Below, piece by piece: positions 40,755 to 49,735 of a stretch of 56,694 nucleotides of DNA. Source of the DNA: an uncultured Eubacteriaceae bacterium (GTDB lineage Bacteria > Bacillota > Clostridia > Eubacteriales > UBA1433); contig CALFLU010000093.1 in the NCBI GenBank assembly GCA_937880125.1, forward strand, positions 1-56,694, read 5' to 3'. The notes below the pieces were generated by a model. The model did not search any database, was not told the origin of the DNA, and saw only the letters and a list, made by a program, of their open reading frames with translations. Numbering within the stretch: position 1 is the stretch's first letter; every line of letters begins with the position of its first letter. A program made the translations under genes and the position numbers.

Positions 40755-41357
40755 TATTGTTGTCGTCACCAATCGTCATTTGTGTTGCGAAGATTTTTTA
40801 ACCCACATACAACGCCTGGCCGCAGCAGGCATTGACGGACTGATTTTGCGGGAGAAGGACTTGGATAAAGACGCCTATGGGCTCCTTGCAAGGCGTGTTA
40901 TGGCAATTTGTCTGCAATATGATGTATCCTGTTTTTTACATACACATATCGACGTTGCCCAACAATTGCACTGCCCCAATATCCATCTGCCTCTTGCGTT
41001 GTTTGAAAGCAACGCCTCCGATTTGTCGGCATTTTCGCAAATCAGCGTATCTGTACACGCCCCACATGAAGCAAAAAAAGCCGAGCGACTCGGCGCTTCT
41101 CGCGTGGTGGCGGGACATGTTTTTGAAACAGACTGCAAAAAAACATCCCCGGACGCGGAATAGATTTTCTTCGTGAAGTATGTGAAAATACTTCCCTGCC
41201 CGTTTATGCCATCGGCGGCATTACGCCCCAAAATGCACCGCTGATTGCCGACGCAGGCGCAGACGGACTGTGTTTGATGTCGAGTATGATGCTGTCTGCA
41301 GCACCGCAAGACATTCTTCGTCTATTGCGTCAAACCATCAACACCCCAAACCACTGA
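40741..41357 (+). pseudogene. ThiE/TenI-family gene (TenI-like features) interrupted by a -1 frameshift in an A7 run
   Basis: The reading frame stops at 41163 after ...GHVFETDCKKTSPDAE*. The frame that would be restored by inserting one base continues as GRGIDFLREVCENTSLPVYAIGGITPQNAPLIADAGADGLCLMSSMM... to the TGA at 41357. Adding one A to the run at 41137..41143 gives a continuous ...DCKKNIPGRGIDFL... Confidence 0.8.
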
Positions 41358-41376
41358 TTATTTTATCCTTTTTTGA

Positions 41377-41420
41377 AAGAACAAAACAGATCACACGAGG
41401 TCTGTTTTGTTCTTTCTTTT
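41377..41420 (+). terminator. Intrinsic terminator of the thi cluster
   Basis: Stem aagaacaaaacaga / tctgttttgttctt, followed by tctttt. Confidence 0.8.
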
Positions 41421-41523
41421 CGTGCCGTCCATCGCTATAATAGTGGAGAGTTAATAAAATCTTAATCATTTAATCTCTTTTATCTTAATATCCGTTTTCT
41501 TACAATGACAATGGAGGAAGTTT

Positions 41524-42207
41524 ATGTATCATATTTTAGTCTGTGATGATGAAAAAGATATTGTTTCGGCCTTAAATATTTATTTGACCGCAGAAGGCTA
41601 CCACGTTTTGGAGGCCTACGACGGCAGGCAGGCGCTTGCTCTTTTGGAGGAGCACGACATACACCTGATATTGATGGATATTATGATGCCCAACATGAGC
41701 GGCATTGCCGCCATCGCCAGGCTGCGTCAAACATGCAACATCCCGGTTATTTTTCTCACGGCCAAAAGCGAAGATACCGACAAAGTTTTGGGACTCAACA
41801 TCGGCGCAGACGACTATATTACCAAACCCTTTAACCCCGTGGAGCTCATTGCCCGCGTAAAGGCACAGCTCCGCCGCTATACACATTTGGGCGGTCTTGC
41901 CAAGGGCGAAAATGTCTTGCGCATCAACGAAATCGAACTCAACGACGAAACCAAAGTCGTTACCATCAGCGGCCAGGCAGTTTTGCTCACGCCCACAGAA
42001 TACGAGATTTTAAAGCTGCTCATGACCAGCCCGGGCAAAGTTTTTTCTTCTTCTCAGATTTATGCCGATGTATGGAACGACACGGCCTATCGCGCCGAGG
42101 GCACCGTTGCGGTGCATATTCGTCATCTGCGCGAAAAAATAGAAATCGACCCCGCCAACCCACGCTATCTCAAGGTGGTATGGGGCCAAGGATATAAAAT
42201 AGAATAA
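41524..42207 (+). CDS. OmpR-family response regulator
   Basis: Receiver domain (ILVCDDEKDI, LILMDIMMPNMSG, LTAK) plus a winged-helix output domain (LTPTEYEILKLL...VWGQGYK). Confidence 0.93.
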   Translation: MYHILVCDDEKDIVSALNIYLTAEGYHVLEAYDGRQALALLEEHDIHLILMDIMMPNMSGIAAIARLRQTCNIPVIFLTAKSEDTDKVLGLNIGADDYITKPFNPVELIARVKAQLRRYTHLGGLAKGENVLRINEIELNDETKVVTISGQAVLLTPTEYEILKLLMTSPGKVFSSSQIYADVWNDTAYRAEGTVAVHIRHLREKIEIDPANPRYLKVVWGQGYKIE

Positions 42208-42211
42208 CGAG

Positions 42212-44122
42212 GTGAATGTCTTGATTCGACCTGTCAACAAAAAAATGCGACCCCTTGCGGTTATTGCCTTTGTACTCTTTTTCTTTTTTGCCGTCTCCAG
42301 CGCACTCGGCGTTCTTTATGCGGAGTCCGGCGACTATTACAGCGACCGCCCCATTTCTTATTACAATTCACCGCTGTGCTATTCGGTAACGGACCAATAC
42401 AGCAATATGGTGTTTGAGCAATATTTTCAAGCAGCGAAAAGCGCTGAGCAGAGCATTCAAAAGCAAAACCTTGTCAAGGATTATGAAAAGATGTTTTCCC
42501 CTGAAAACACGAATTTTTTCTTCACGATCACCGACCGCAGCGGCACGGTTGTTTTGTCCAACTATATCGAGCAAACCTATGGCATGAGCCATACAAAAAA
42601 CTACGGTTTCTTTGCCGAGGACAAATCCGAATATACCCTGCACGCCTTTGTCAAAGACCCCATCAGTGCCGAGGACAACTATGTTGCCTCCCTTGCGACA
42701 TTTAACTTTTTATATAACATGCGCTACAGCTTCATCGTTCTTCTCATTTTATCGGGTATTGCTTCTGTTTTCTTTTTTGTATACCTCGTTCGCACGGCAG
42801 GCTATAGCAAAGATGCACAAGCACCCTCTCTTTCTGCCATAGACCGCATTCCGCTGGATATTTTTATCCTCGGTACAATCGGCTTGTTTTCATTCTTCAT
42901 CGCTGTCGTCAGCTCTCTGATGCGCTACAACGTCAGTCCGCTTATAGAAGCTGTCGTTTCCGCCTTGGCTTTACTCATTTTTTCATTGTTGTTCCTCGCC
43001 ATTTGCATGACGCTTTCCGTGCGCATCAAAACAGGCAAATGGTGGAGAAATACTTTGACTTTTTACATTTTAAGATGGATAAAAAGAGTTTTCATGTGGT
43101 TAATAAATGCTATAAAGCTCCTTTTGATTGCCATTCCCCTCATATGGAAGGTCGTCTTGGGTACTTCTTTGTTTCTCATCATCGATTTTGTGCTTATTAA
43201 TATATCCTTTCACAGCATCACAGCCCTGCTCTTATTTGCCCTGTTTAACGGTGCCGTTTTTATTCTTGTCTTAAAAATTGCCTTGCAAATTTATAGACTC
43301 AAAGAAGCAAGCAATCACCTCGCCCAAGGGGACTACGACAAAAAAGTGCAATTGTCGCCCATGTTTGCTGCACTGACACAAATCGGCAACAACCTCAACA
43401 ACATTTCACTGGGCATGCAGCGCGCCGTGGAACAACAACTTAAAGGCGAGCGCCTAAAGGCGGAGCTCATCACTAACGTGTCCCACGATATCAAGACACC
43501 CCTTACGTCCATTGTCAATTATGTTGACCTGCTAAAAAAAGAAAATATACAAACCCAACCCGTCGCAGAATATATCGCCGTGCTTGATCGCCAGTCTGCG
43601 CGGCTCAAAAAGCTCACGGAAGATGTGCTGGAAGCCTCCAAGGTCTCAACAGGCAATGTTTCGCTCTCCCCCACCAGGCTCAATGTCATCGAACTGCTAA
43701 GCCAGTCTTTGGGTGAATACAGCGAAAAGTTCAAAGAAAGTGACCTGACGCTGATCAGCCATTTTCCGTCGACTTCTCCTTATATTTTTGCCGACGGGCG
43801 CCTGCTGTGGCGAACCTTTGACAATTTGCTCAACAACATCTGCAAATATGCACAGCCCAAAACCCGTGTCTATGTAGAAGCCGATGCAGATGAACAACAT
43901 GTGTTGATTACTTTTAAAAACATCTCCACCCAGGCTCTTAACATCAGTTCTGACGAATTGATTGAGCGCTTTGTTCGCGGAGACAGCGCACGCACCACAG
44001 AGGGCAGCGGGCTGGGTCTGTCTATCGCCAAAAGCCTTGTCGAGTTGCAGAAGGGAACAATGCAGATACAAATTGACGGTGACTTGTTTAAAGTGCAGCT
44101 GTCCTTTGCACTTGTTTGTTAA
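42212..44122 (+). CDS. Sensor histidine kinase with a roughly 135-aa extracytoplasmic domain and multiple TM segments
   Basis: H-box NVSHDIKTPLTSI, N-box LLNNICKYA and G-boxes GSGLGLSIAKSL. About 6-7 TM segments precede a HAMP-like linker. The start is either GTG at 42212 or ATG at 42245. Confidence 0.9.
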   Translation: MNVLIRPVNKKMRPLAVIAFVLFFFFAVSSALGVLYAESGDYYSDRPISYYNSPLCYSVTDQYSNMVFEQYFQAAKSAEQSIQKQNLVKDYEKMFSPENTNFFFTITDRSGTVVLSNYIEQTYGMSHTKNYGFFAEDKSEYTLHAFVKDPISAEDNYVASLATFNFLYNMRYSFIVLLILSGIASVFFFVYLVRTAGYSKDAQAPSLSAIDRIPLDIFILGTIGLFSFFIAVVSSLMRYNVSPLIEAVVSALALLIFSLLFLAICMTLSVRIKTGKWWRNTLTFYILRWIKRVFMWLINAIKLLLIAIPLIWKVVLGTSLFLIIDFVLINISFHSITALLLFALFNGAVFILVLKIALQIYRLKEASNHLAQGDYDKKVQLSPMFAALTQIGNNLNNISLGMQRAVEQQLKGERLKAELITNVSHDIKTPLTSIVNYVDLLKKENIQTQPVAEYIAVLDRQSARLKKLTEDVLEASKVSTGNVSLSPTRLNVIELLSQSLGEYSEKFKESDLTLISHFPSTSPYIFADGRLLWRTFDNLLNNICKYAQPKTRVYVEADADEQHVLITFKNISTQALNISSDELIERFVRGDSARTTEGSGLGLSIAKSLVELQKGTMQIQIDGDLFKVQLSFALVC

Positions 44123-44162
44123 CCGGCTGCAAAGACCGACTGATTTATGACATATCTCAATG

Positions 44163-44205
44163 AACGCCTTGAACTATCTCAAAAGTTAGCTCAAGGCGTT
44201 TTATT
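44163..44205 (+). terminator. Intrinsic terminator after the kinase gene
   Basis: Stem acgccttga / tcaaggcgt with an 18-nt loop, followed by tttatt. Confidence 0.55.
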
Positions 44206-44367
44206 AAACCCTGTGTTGAATCACCTTTCATCGCGACAGCTTCACCGAATTGCCCGAAACATTCAACGGCGGATTATTTTCTTCTATGCATCAAAAAACG
44301 GCGGTCAAATTTTGCCGCCGTCCGTCGTTGTTCATTATAGCATTAAAACAATCCGCACAAGCTTTTT

Positions 44368-45219
44368 CTATTTGGGTACATGGCGGATATGGCCGCATTT
44401 TTTACAGATTTGTCGTTGGACATTCTCTGATCCGGGCACATTGACCCTGCCTTCTTGCGCGCCGCTTTGCTCATGATAGTCGTGATGAAACCTAGCGTCT
44501 TCTATTTTGTCGCTGCTGGGAAAATATTCACACAGCGGTGAGAAGGTTTCTTCATCCAAGGATACGGTTTGCAAATTGTCCAAATCTCCAAATACCACAG
44601 GGTGTTTGACACTATCGGCAATAACCAAATGTTCTATCAAACGACATTTTGCAAAGGCCCGTGGGCGAATTCGCTCTGTGCCTTGTGCAATGACCACCGT
44701 ACCTCTTTTTTTCGGTGGACAGTGCAACAATTTTTTCATGGACTTGTCATATAAAACGCCATCCACCGCCGCATAAATCTCATTGCCTTCTTCTACGACA
44801 ATTTCTTCCAGCTCCATCTGATCATTTGCGGGAATCATCAAATCCTCTCTGTCAAAGTCCGCGCGCAAAACAAGGCACTGCCCCAAAATATCCTGCGGAA
44901 TTAAGTTGGAGGTGATGATTTTTTTCACCTTGGGAATGCGAAAAGCCCCCGAATGATACCCTTCAACACTTTTGGGTATCGTCAAAGACTCAATATTGCT
45001 GTCCTCAAAGGCAATATAGGCAATGTCCGTTACCCCATCGGGAATATGCACCACGCCGCCGCTGCCGTTATACTTTTCCAAAACCGTTCCGTTTAACAAA
45101 AATTCAGGCTGCTGCAATTTGTCCTTCGAGGACTCTGCCGCATCCTTTTTTTTATCTTCAATAAAACGTTCTTCGTTTGCACCGGATTTGTTTTTCTTGC
45201 CAAAACCAAATAATTTCAC
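44368..45219 (-). CDS. BspA-type leucine-rich-repeat (LRR_5-like) protein without a signal peptide
   Basis: Repeats of the form IPDGVTDIAYIAFEDSNIESLTIPKSV... and VIAQGTERIRPRAFAKCRLIEHLVIADSV. The N-terminus is charged and non-hydrophobic. The C-terminal tail is His/Cys-containing (CKKCGHIRH). Confidence 0.65.
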   Translation of the reverse strand: MKLFGFGKKNKSGANEERFIEDKKKDAAESSKDKLQQPEFLLNGTVLEKYNGSGGVVHIPDGVTDIAYIAFEDSNIESLTIPKSVEGYHSGAFRIPKVKKIITSNLIPQDILGQCLVLRADFDREDLMIPANDQMELEEIVVEEGNEIYAAVDGVLYDKSMKKLLHCPPKKRGTVVIAQGTERIRPRAFAKCRLIEHLVIADSVKHPVVFGDLDNLQTVSLDEETFSPLCEYFPSSDKIEDARFHHDYHEQSGAQEGRVNVPGSENVQRQICKKCGHIRHVPK

Positions 45220-45449
45220 TTTTTTCTCCCAAATCGATACAGGTTGTCTGTGCTGTTTTCAAAGGCTCCACAAGAACTTTTTGATATACACCGTCGGTGA
45301 ATTAAAAACAGCATTGCATTTATTATATCCCTACCGGCGTCAGAAAGGTAAGTTTTTTTATGATTTCCTAAAAAAAGGCACCTCGTTATAGGCGAAAGCA
45401 AAAAAATGCGTTATAATGGAAAAAATATCAAAACGAACGGAATCTCATC

Positions 45450-46682
45450 ATGAATACACCCTTTCAGATCAATATCACCAGCGAAATCGGAAAATTAAAG
45501 CATGTGATTTTGCATCGTCCGGATGAAGAAATCAACCATATTGTCCCGCAAAATTTAGGCTTTTCTCTTTTTGACGACACGCCCTATCTAAGCGATATGC
45601 AAAAGGAGCATGACGCCTTTGCCGATTTGTTACGACAACACGGTGCAGCGGTACATTATCTTACCGACTTGCTGGGAGATATTTTGAAAAGTCCCGCAAC
45701 AAAAAAAGAAATTTTAACGTACATTCTCGGCAAAGACATCACAGGCTGCAACTACATCGAAGCCTGCATTTTTGAATACTTGATGAACCTGGACGCGGCT
45801 GGCACCGCTCGCTGCTTGATTAAAGGCCTTAGCGTAACCGATGTGGCAAAATTTAAAACACAACCTGTCATCAGCGACTACATGCCCGAAAAATATATGT
45901 TTTATCTGTTGCCGCTGCCCAATGCATACTTTATGCGTGACGCTGCCGCCATCATCGGCAACGGCATTTCCGTTCACACCATGAAAAATACCGTGCGCAT
46001 GCGCGAAAGCCGCATTGCGCGTGCCATTTATGAACATCATCCCCTTTTTAGCGGCAACGTCCCGCTGTGGTATGACAACAACCTGCAAAGCAGCAGCATT
46101 GAAGGCGGCGATATCCTCGTGATCAATGACTCTTCTGTTGTCGTGGGGTGCAGTCAGCGAACCGATGCCGCCGCCGTGCAGATTCTTGCGGAAAACCTGT
46201 TTTCGCAAAACGACGACATGCGCGCCGTCTACGCCGTTGAACTGCCGAAAATACGCGCATTTATGCATTTGGATACGGTGTTTACGATGATTGACTATGA
46301 CCAGTTTACCATCTATCCCCTTTTGGATCAAAATATGAACGTGGTAAAAATCATGCGCAGTGCCGGAGGTTGCCCGCAGTTTCAGCGCATGGACAGCCTC
46401 AAAGTCGCGCTGTGCGATGCACTGGGTGTGACACACCTGAATTTTATCCAAAGCGGCGGCAATGACCCCGTGGTTGCCGCGCGAGAGCAGTGGAACGACA
46501 GCACCAATACCTTTGTCATTGCCCCGGGCGAAGTAATAGCCTATAACCGCAACGAAATCTCCAACGAAATTTTGGCAAAAAATAATATTAAAGTACACAC
46601 CATCAGAGGTTCTGAGCTGGTTCGCGGCAGGGGCGGCCCCCGCTGCATGACCATGCCCTTGTGCCGTGAAAAAATAAACTAA
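45450..46682 (+). CDS. arcA: Arginine deiminase
   Basis: 410 aa. FQINITSEIGKLKHVILHRP... at the N-terminus and GGPRCMTMPL (catalytic Cys) at the C-terminus. Confidence 0.95.
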   Translation: MNTPFQINITSEIGKLKHVILHRPDEEINHIVPQNLGFSLFDDTPYLSDMQKEHDAFADLLRQHGAAVHYLTDLLGDILKSPATKKEILTYILGKDITGCNYIEACIFEYLMNLDAAGTARCLIKGLSVTDVAKFKTQPVISDYMPEKYMFYLLPLPNAYFMRDAAAIIGNGISVHTMKNTVRMRESRIARAIYEHHPLFSGNVPLWYDNNLQSSSIEGGDILVINDSSVVVGCSQRTDAAAVQILAENLFSQNDDMRAVYAVELPKIRAFMHLDTVFTMIDYDQFTIYPLLDQNMNVVKIMRSAGGCPQFQRMDSLKVALCDALGVTHLNFIQSGGNDPVVAAREQWNDSTNTFVIAPGEVIAYNRNEISNEILAKNNIKVHTIRGSELVRGRGGPRCMTMPLCREKIN

Positions 46683-46696
46683 GGAGTGACAAATTT

Positions 46697-47683
46697 ATGG
46701 CATCATCTTTAAAAGGACGCAACCTGTTGACATTGCGAGACTATACCGGCGAAGAAATTCACTACCTGCTTACCTATGCCGAAGAATTAAAAGAAAAGAA
46801 AAAACAAGGAATGATAGGCAACACGCTTCAAGGTAAAAATATTGTGTTGCTGTTTGAAAAAACCTCCACGCGCACCCGATGCGCCTTTGAGGTTGCCGCC
46901 TATGATGAAGGGGCAAACGTTACGTTTTTATCCAACAGCCAAATGGGCAAAAAAGAATCCCTGCGCGATACGGCAAACGTATTGGGCAGGTTCTATGACG
47001 GCATCGAATTTCGCGGCTTTAAGCAAGAAACTGTCGAGGCGCTTGCCAAATACTCAGGTGTTCCCGTTTGGAACGGCCTGACCGATTTGTATCATCCCAC
47101 CCAGGCATTGGCGGATTTTTTGACGATGAAAGAACACATCGACAAACCTTTTGAAGAAATGAAACTCGTCTACTCCGGAGACGGCCGCAACAACGTCGCC
47201 AACTCTTTGTTGATTGCCAGCGCCAAGCTGGGCACGGATTTTGTGGCGCTCTCGCCGCCGGAGTTGATGCCTGATCCCATTTTGGTCGAAGAGATGCAAA
47301 AGATTGCAAAGCAGACGGGCAGCACCCTTACGCTGACCAGCGACATAACCGAAGCGATGCTGCACGCCGATGCCGTTTACACCGATATTTGGGTATCCAT
47401 GGGCGAAGAGGCACAAATCGAAGAGCGCATCAAGCTGCTTGCGCCCTATCAGGTCAATGGGGACATGCTGGCAAAGGCAAAAAACGAGCACATCATTTTT
47501 CTGCACTGCCTGCCCGCATTTCATGACCTCAATACGGAATTCGGGCAAATGGTTTATGAAAAATTCGGTCTTAAAGAAATGGAAGTCACCGATGAGGTGT
47601 TCTACAGCAGCTGTTCCAAGGTCTTTGATCAGGCGGAAAATCGCATGCATACCATTAAAGCAGTGATGTGCGCCACACTATAA
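46697..47683 (+). CDS. Ornithine carbamoyltransferase (catabolic versus anabolic role not resolvable from sequence)
   Basis: Motifs STRTRCAFE, HPTQALAD and HCLPAFH. 328 aa. It starts 14 nt after arcA. Confidence 0.95.
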   Translation: MASSLKGRNLLTLRDYTGEEIHYLLTYAEELKEKKKQGMIGNTLQGKNIVLLFEKTSTRTRCAFEVAAYDEGANVTFLSNSQMGKKESLRDTANVLGRFYDGIEFRGFKQETVEALAKYSGVPVWNGLTDLYHPTQALADFLTMKEHIDKPFEEMKLVYSGDGRNNVANSLLIASAKLGTDFVALSPPELMPDPILVEEMQKIAKQTGSTLTLTSDITEAMLHADAVYTDIWVSMGEEAQIEERIKLLAPYQVNGDMLAKAKNEHIIFLHCLPAFHDLNTEFGQMVYEKFGLKEMEVTDEVFYSSCSKVFDQAENRMHTIKAVMCATL

Positions 47684-47703
47684 CGAAAAAGAGAGGCTAG
47701 ATT

Positions 47704-48648
47704 ATGCCTGTTTTCGGCATTCGAAAGCCTGAGCGCAGTGTTGTGCTGCGCACGGGCGCATACGGCATTGTCACCAACATCAGCGGCAAGGTGATGATCA
47801 TCAAAAACAAACTGGGCAAGTTTTTGCCCGGCGGAGGGCTCAACCCCGGCGAGGGGTATGAAGAAGCGCTGCGCCGCGAATTTTTGGAAGAAACGGGATA
47901 TGAAATTACCATCAAGCGCAGGCTTGAGACGATGTCTTGGTATATTGACACGCCCGCCGAGTGGAACCTGCAAGTCTTTAATACGGGTATTTTTTATGAA
48001 GTGGAGCTGGAAAAGCGCGTTCATGCCGACATTGAAGAGGGCCACGAGGTTCTCTTTATCGATGGTGAAAGCGCAACAGACATGCACTCCGACGCACAAA
48101 TGTGGGCCATTTACAAATACATCTTATCCGAGCAATACCCGCCCATCATCAAAACCAATATTTCCGCAGCACAAGACCGCATCTATCCCTTGCGGCTGGC
48201 TGCACGCTGCATTGTGCAAACCGAGGGCGACAAAATCATTTTGCTGAAAAGCGAAAAGCTGGATATCTGCGGTCTGCCCGGCGGCGGCATACTACGCGGC
48301 GAAGACATCCGCGCAGCGGCAATGCGCGAAGCAAAGGAAGAAACCGGTCGCAGCATCGACCAATTAAAACCTTTGGGCGCGAGCATTGAGTTTAGCAGCA
48401 TGCTGCAGCTAACCTACTACTTCACCGCCGTGGCAACAGCGGCTTTACATGGTGTACATTTGACTGAGTTGGAATCCGATTGGGGCATTTATCCCATTGA
48501 GGTGGATATAGCCACTGCCGAAGAAATGATTGCTCAAAGCAAGGGCATTATCATGCACGAAGGCTTTGAAGTCGCCTCCATGTCACGCGCGCGCAACCTC
48601 GCTGCGCTAAAGGCTTACAAGCTGTCTGATAGGTCAGCTGCGCCTTAA
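47704..48648 (+). CDS. Tandem Nudix hydrolase (two Nudix domains)
   Basis: Two Nudix boxes: GGGLNPGEGYEEALRREFLEETG and GGGILRGEDIRAAAMREAKEETG. It starts 20 nt after the OTC stop, preceded by the RBS GAGAGG. Confidence 0.85.
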   Translation: MPVFGIRKPERSVVLRTGAYGIVTNISGKVMIIKNKLGKFLPGGGLNPGEGYEEALRREFLEETGYEITIKRRLETMSWYIDTPAEWNLQVFNTGIFYEVELEKRVHADIEEGHEVLFIDGESATDMHSDAQMWAIYKYILSEQYPPIIKTNISAAQDRIYPLRLAARCIVQTEGDKIILLKSEKLDICGLPGGGILRGEDIRAAAMREAKEETGRSIDQLKPLGASIEFSSMLQLTYYFTAVATAALHGVHLTELESDWGIYPIEVDIATAEEMIAQSKGIIMHEGFEVASMSRARNLAALKAYKLSDRSAAP

Positions 48649-48705
48649 GCATAGTGTTGTTATCGTAAAACCGACAAATGGCAACTTTGCTGTTTGAATA
48701 TAATT

Positions 48706-48742
48706 ATAAAAGCACACTATATACCGTGTGCTTTTTCTTTTC
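48706..48742. terminator. Bidirectional terminator between the Nudix gene and prs
   Basis: aaagcacac-tatatacc-gtgtgcttt, flanked by A/T runs. Confidence 0.7.
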
Positions 48743-48778
48743 TATCATCAATTCGTTTGATCTTTGGTTTCTTTGCTT

Positions 48779-49735
48779 TTAATCAAAGAGCATGCTCACA
48801 CTTTGTCCTTTGTGCACCCTATCAATGGCTTTTGCAATGATCGGCGCAACAGAAATAACCTCTATTTTGTCGATTTCTTTTTCTTTCGGCAGATGAATGG
48901 TGTCGGTGACAAATACTTTTTTTACCGGGGCTTCCGACAGATTTTTAATCGCCTTGCCCGAGAGCACACCATGGGTGGCAGCGGCATAAATGTCATTGGC
49001 ACCCAGATTTTTTAATTCGTTGATAGAGTTGGTCATCGTGCCTGCCGTATCAATCATGTCATCGATCAACAAAAGATTTTTGCCTGCCACGTCCCCAATC
49101 ACCGTCATAATCTCCGTGGTATTTTTCGCATAGCGGCGTTTGTCGATAATGGCCATGGGCGCACCAAACATTTCCGCTACTTTTCTTGTGCGTTTGACCG
49201 ACCCCACATCAGGAGAAACCACAACCAAATCGTGATTTTTGTGCAAGCCGTAGGCCATTAATTTTTCTACAATGACATTAATTGCCGTCAAATGGTCTAA
49301 GGGAATATTGAAAAATCCTTGAATTTGATCGGCGTGCAAATCCATCGTCATGACACGGCTTGCCCCTGCTGCGGTAATTAAGTCCGCCACCAGCTTTGCC
49401 GTAATCGGCGCCCTTGGAAGCACTTTTCGATCCTGTCTGGCATAGCCGTAATAGGGAATCACCGCCGTAATGCGCCCTGCCGAAGCTCTTTTCAGTGCAT
49501 CAATGTAGATTAATAATTCCATCAAGTTGTCATTTACGGGCTCGGATACACTTTGAATGACAAAAATATCGCACCCCCTGATGGATTCATTGATATTGAC
49601 ATAGGTTTCCCCGTCACTAAAGCGCTCCGTGTTGGTATCGCACAGCGGCACGTTCAAAATTTCGGAAATTTTCCGTGCTACCTCCATGTTTGAACTTCCC
49701 GCCATAATCTTGATGTTATTTGCTGCCCAATTCAT
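48779..49735 (-). CDS. prs: Ribose-phosphate pyrophosphokinase
   Basis: Motifs DLHADQIQGFF, VSPDVGSVKR and LLIDDMIDTAGT. I chose the ATG at 49735, which overlaps the glmU stop (ATGA). Confidence 0.95.
   Translation of the reverse strand: MNWAANNIKIMAGSSNMEVARKISEILNVPLCDTNTERFSDGETYVNINESIRGCDIFVIQSVSEPVNDNLMELLIYIDALKRASAGRITAVIPYYGYARQDRKVLPRAPITAKLVADLITAAGASRVMTMDLHADQIQGFFNIPLDHLTAINVIVEKLMAYGLHKNHDLVVVSPDVGSVKRTRKVAEMFGAPMAIIDKRRYAKNTTEIMTVIGDVAGKNLLLIDDMIDTAGTMTNSINELKNLGANDIYAAATHGVLSGKAIKNLSEAPVKKVFVTDTIHLPKEKEIDKIEVISVAPIIAKAIDRVHKGQSVSMLFD

Noticed and set aside
39924-40772. 282-aa minus-strand ORF opposite thiH. Similar long antisense ORFs lie opposite arcA (45714..46598), glmU (49720..50568) and the OTC gene (47054..47650).
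   Set aside because: All lie opposite genes with unambiguous catalytic motifs, and none has a plausible RBS or domain signature. They are by-products of codon bias.
45298-45313. ARG-box-like half-site (tgaattaaaaacagca) upstream of arcA
   Set aside because: Only one half resembles the TGAAT-A/T-rich consensus. I could identify no partner box and no convincing -35/-10 context, which is too weak to annotate.
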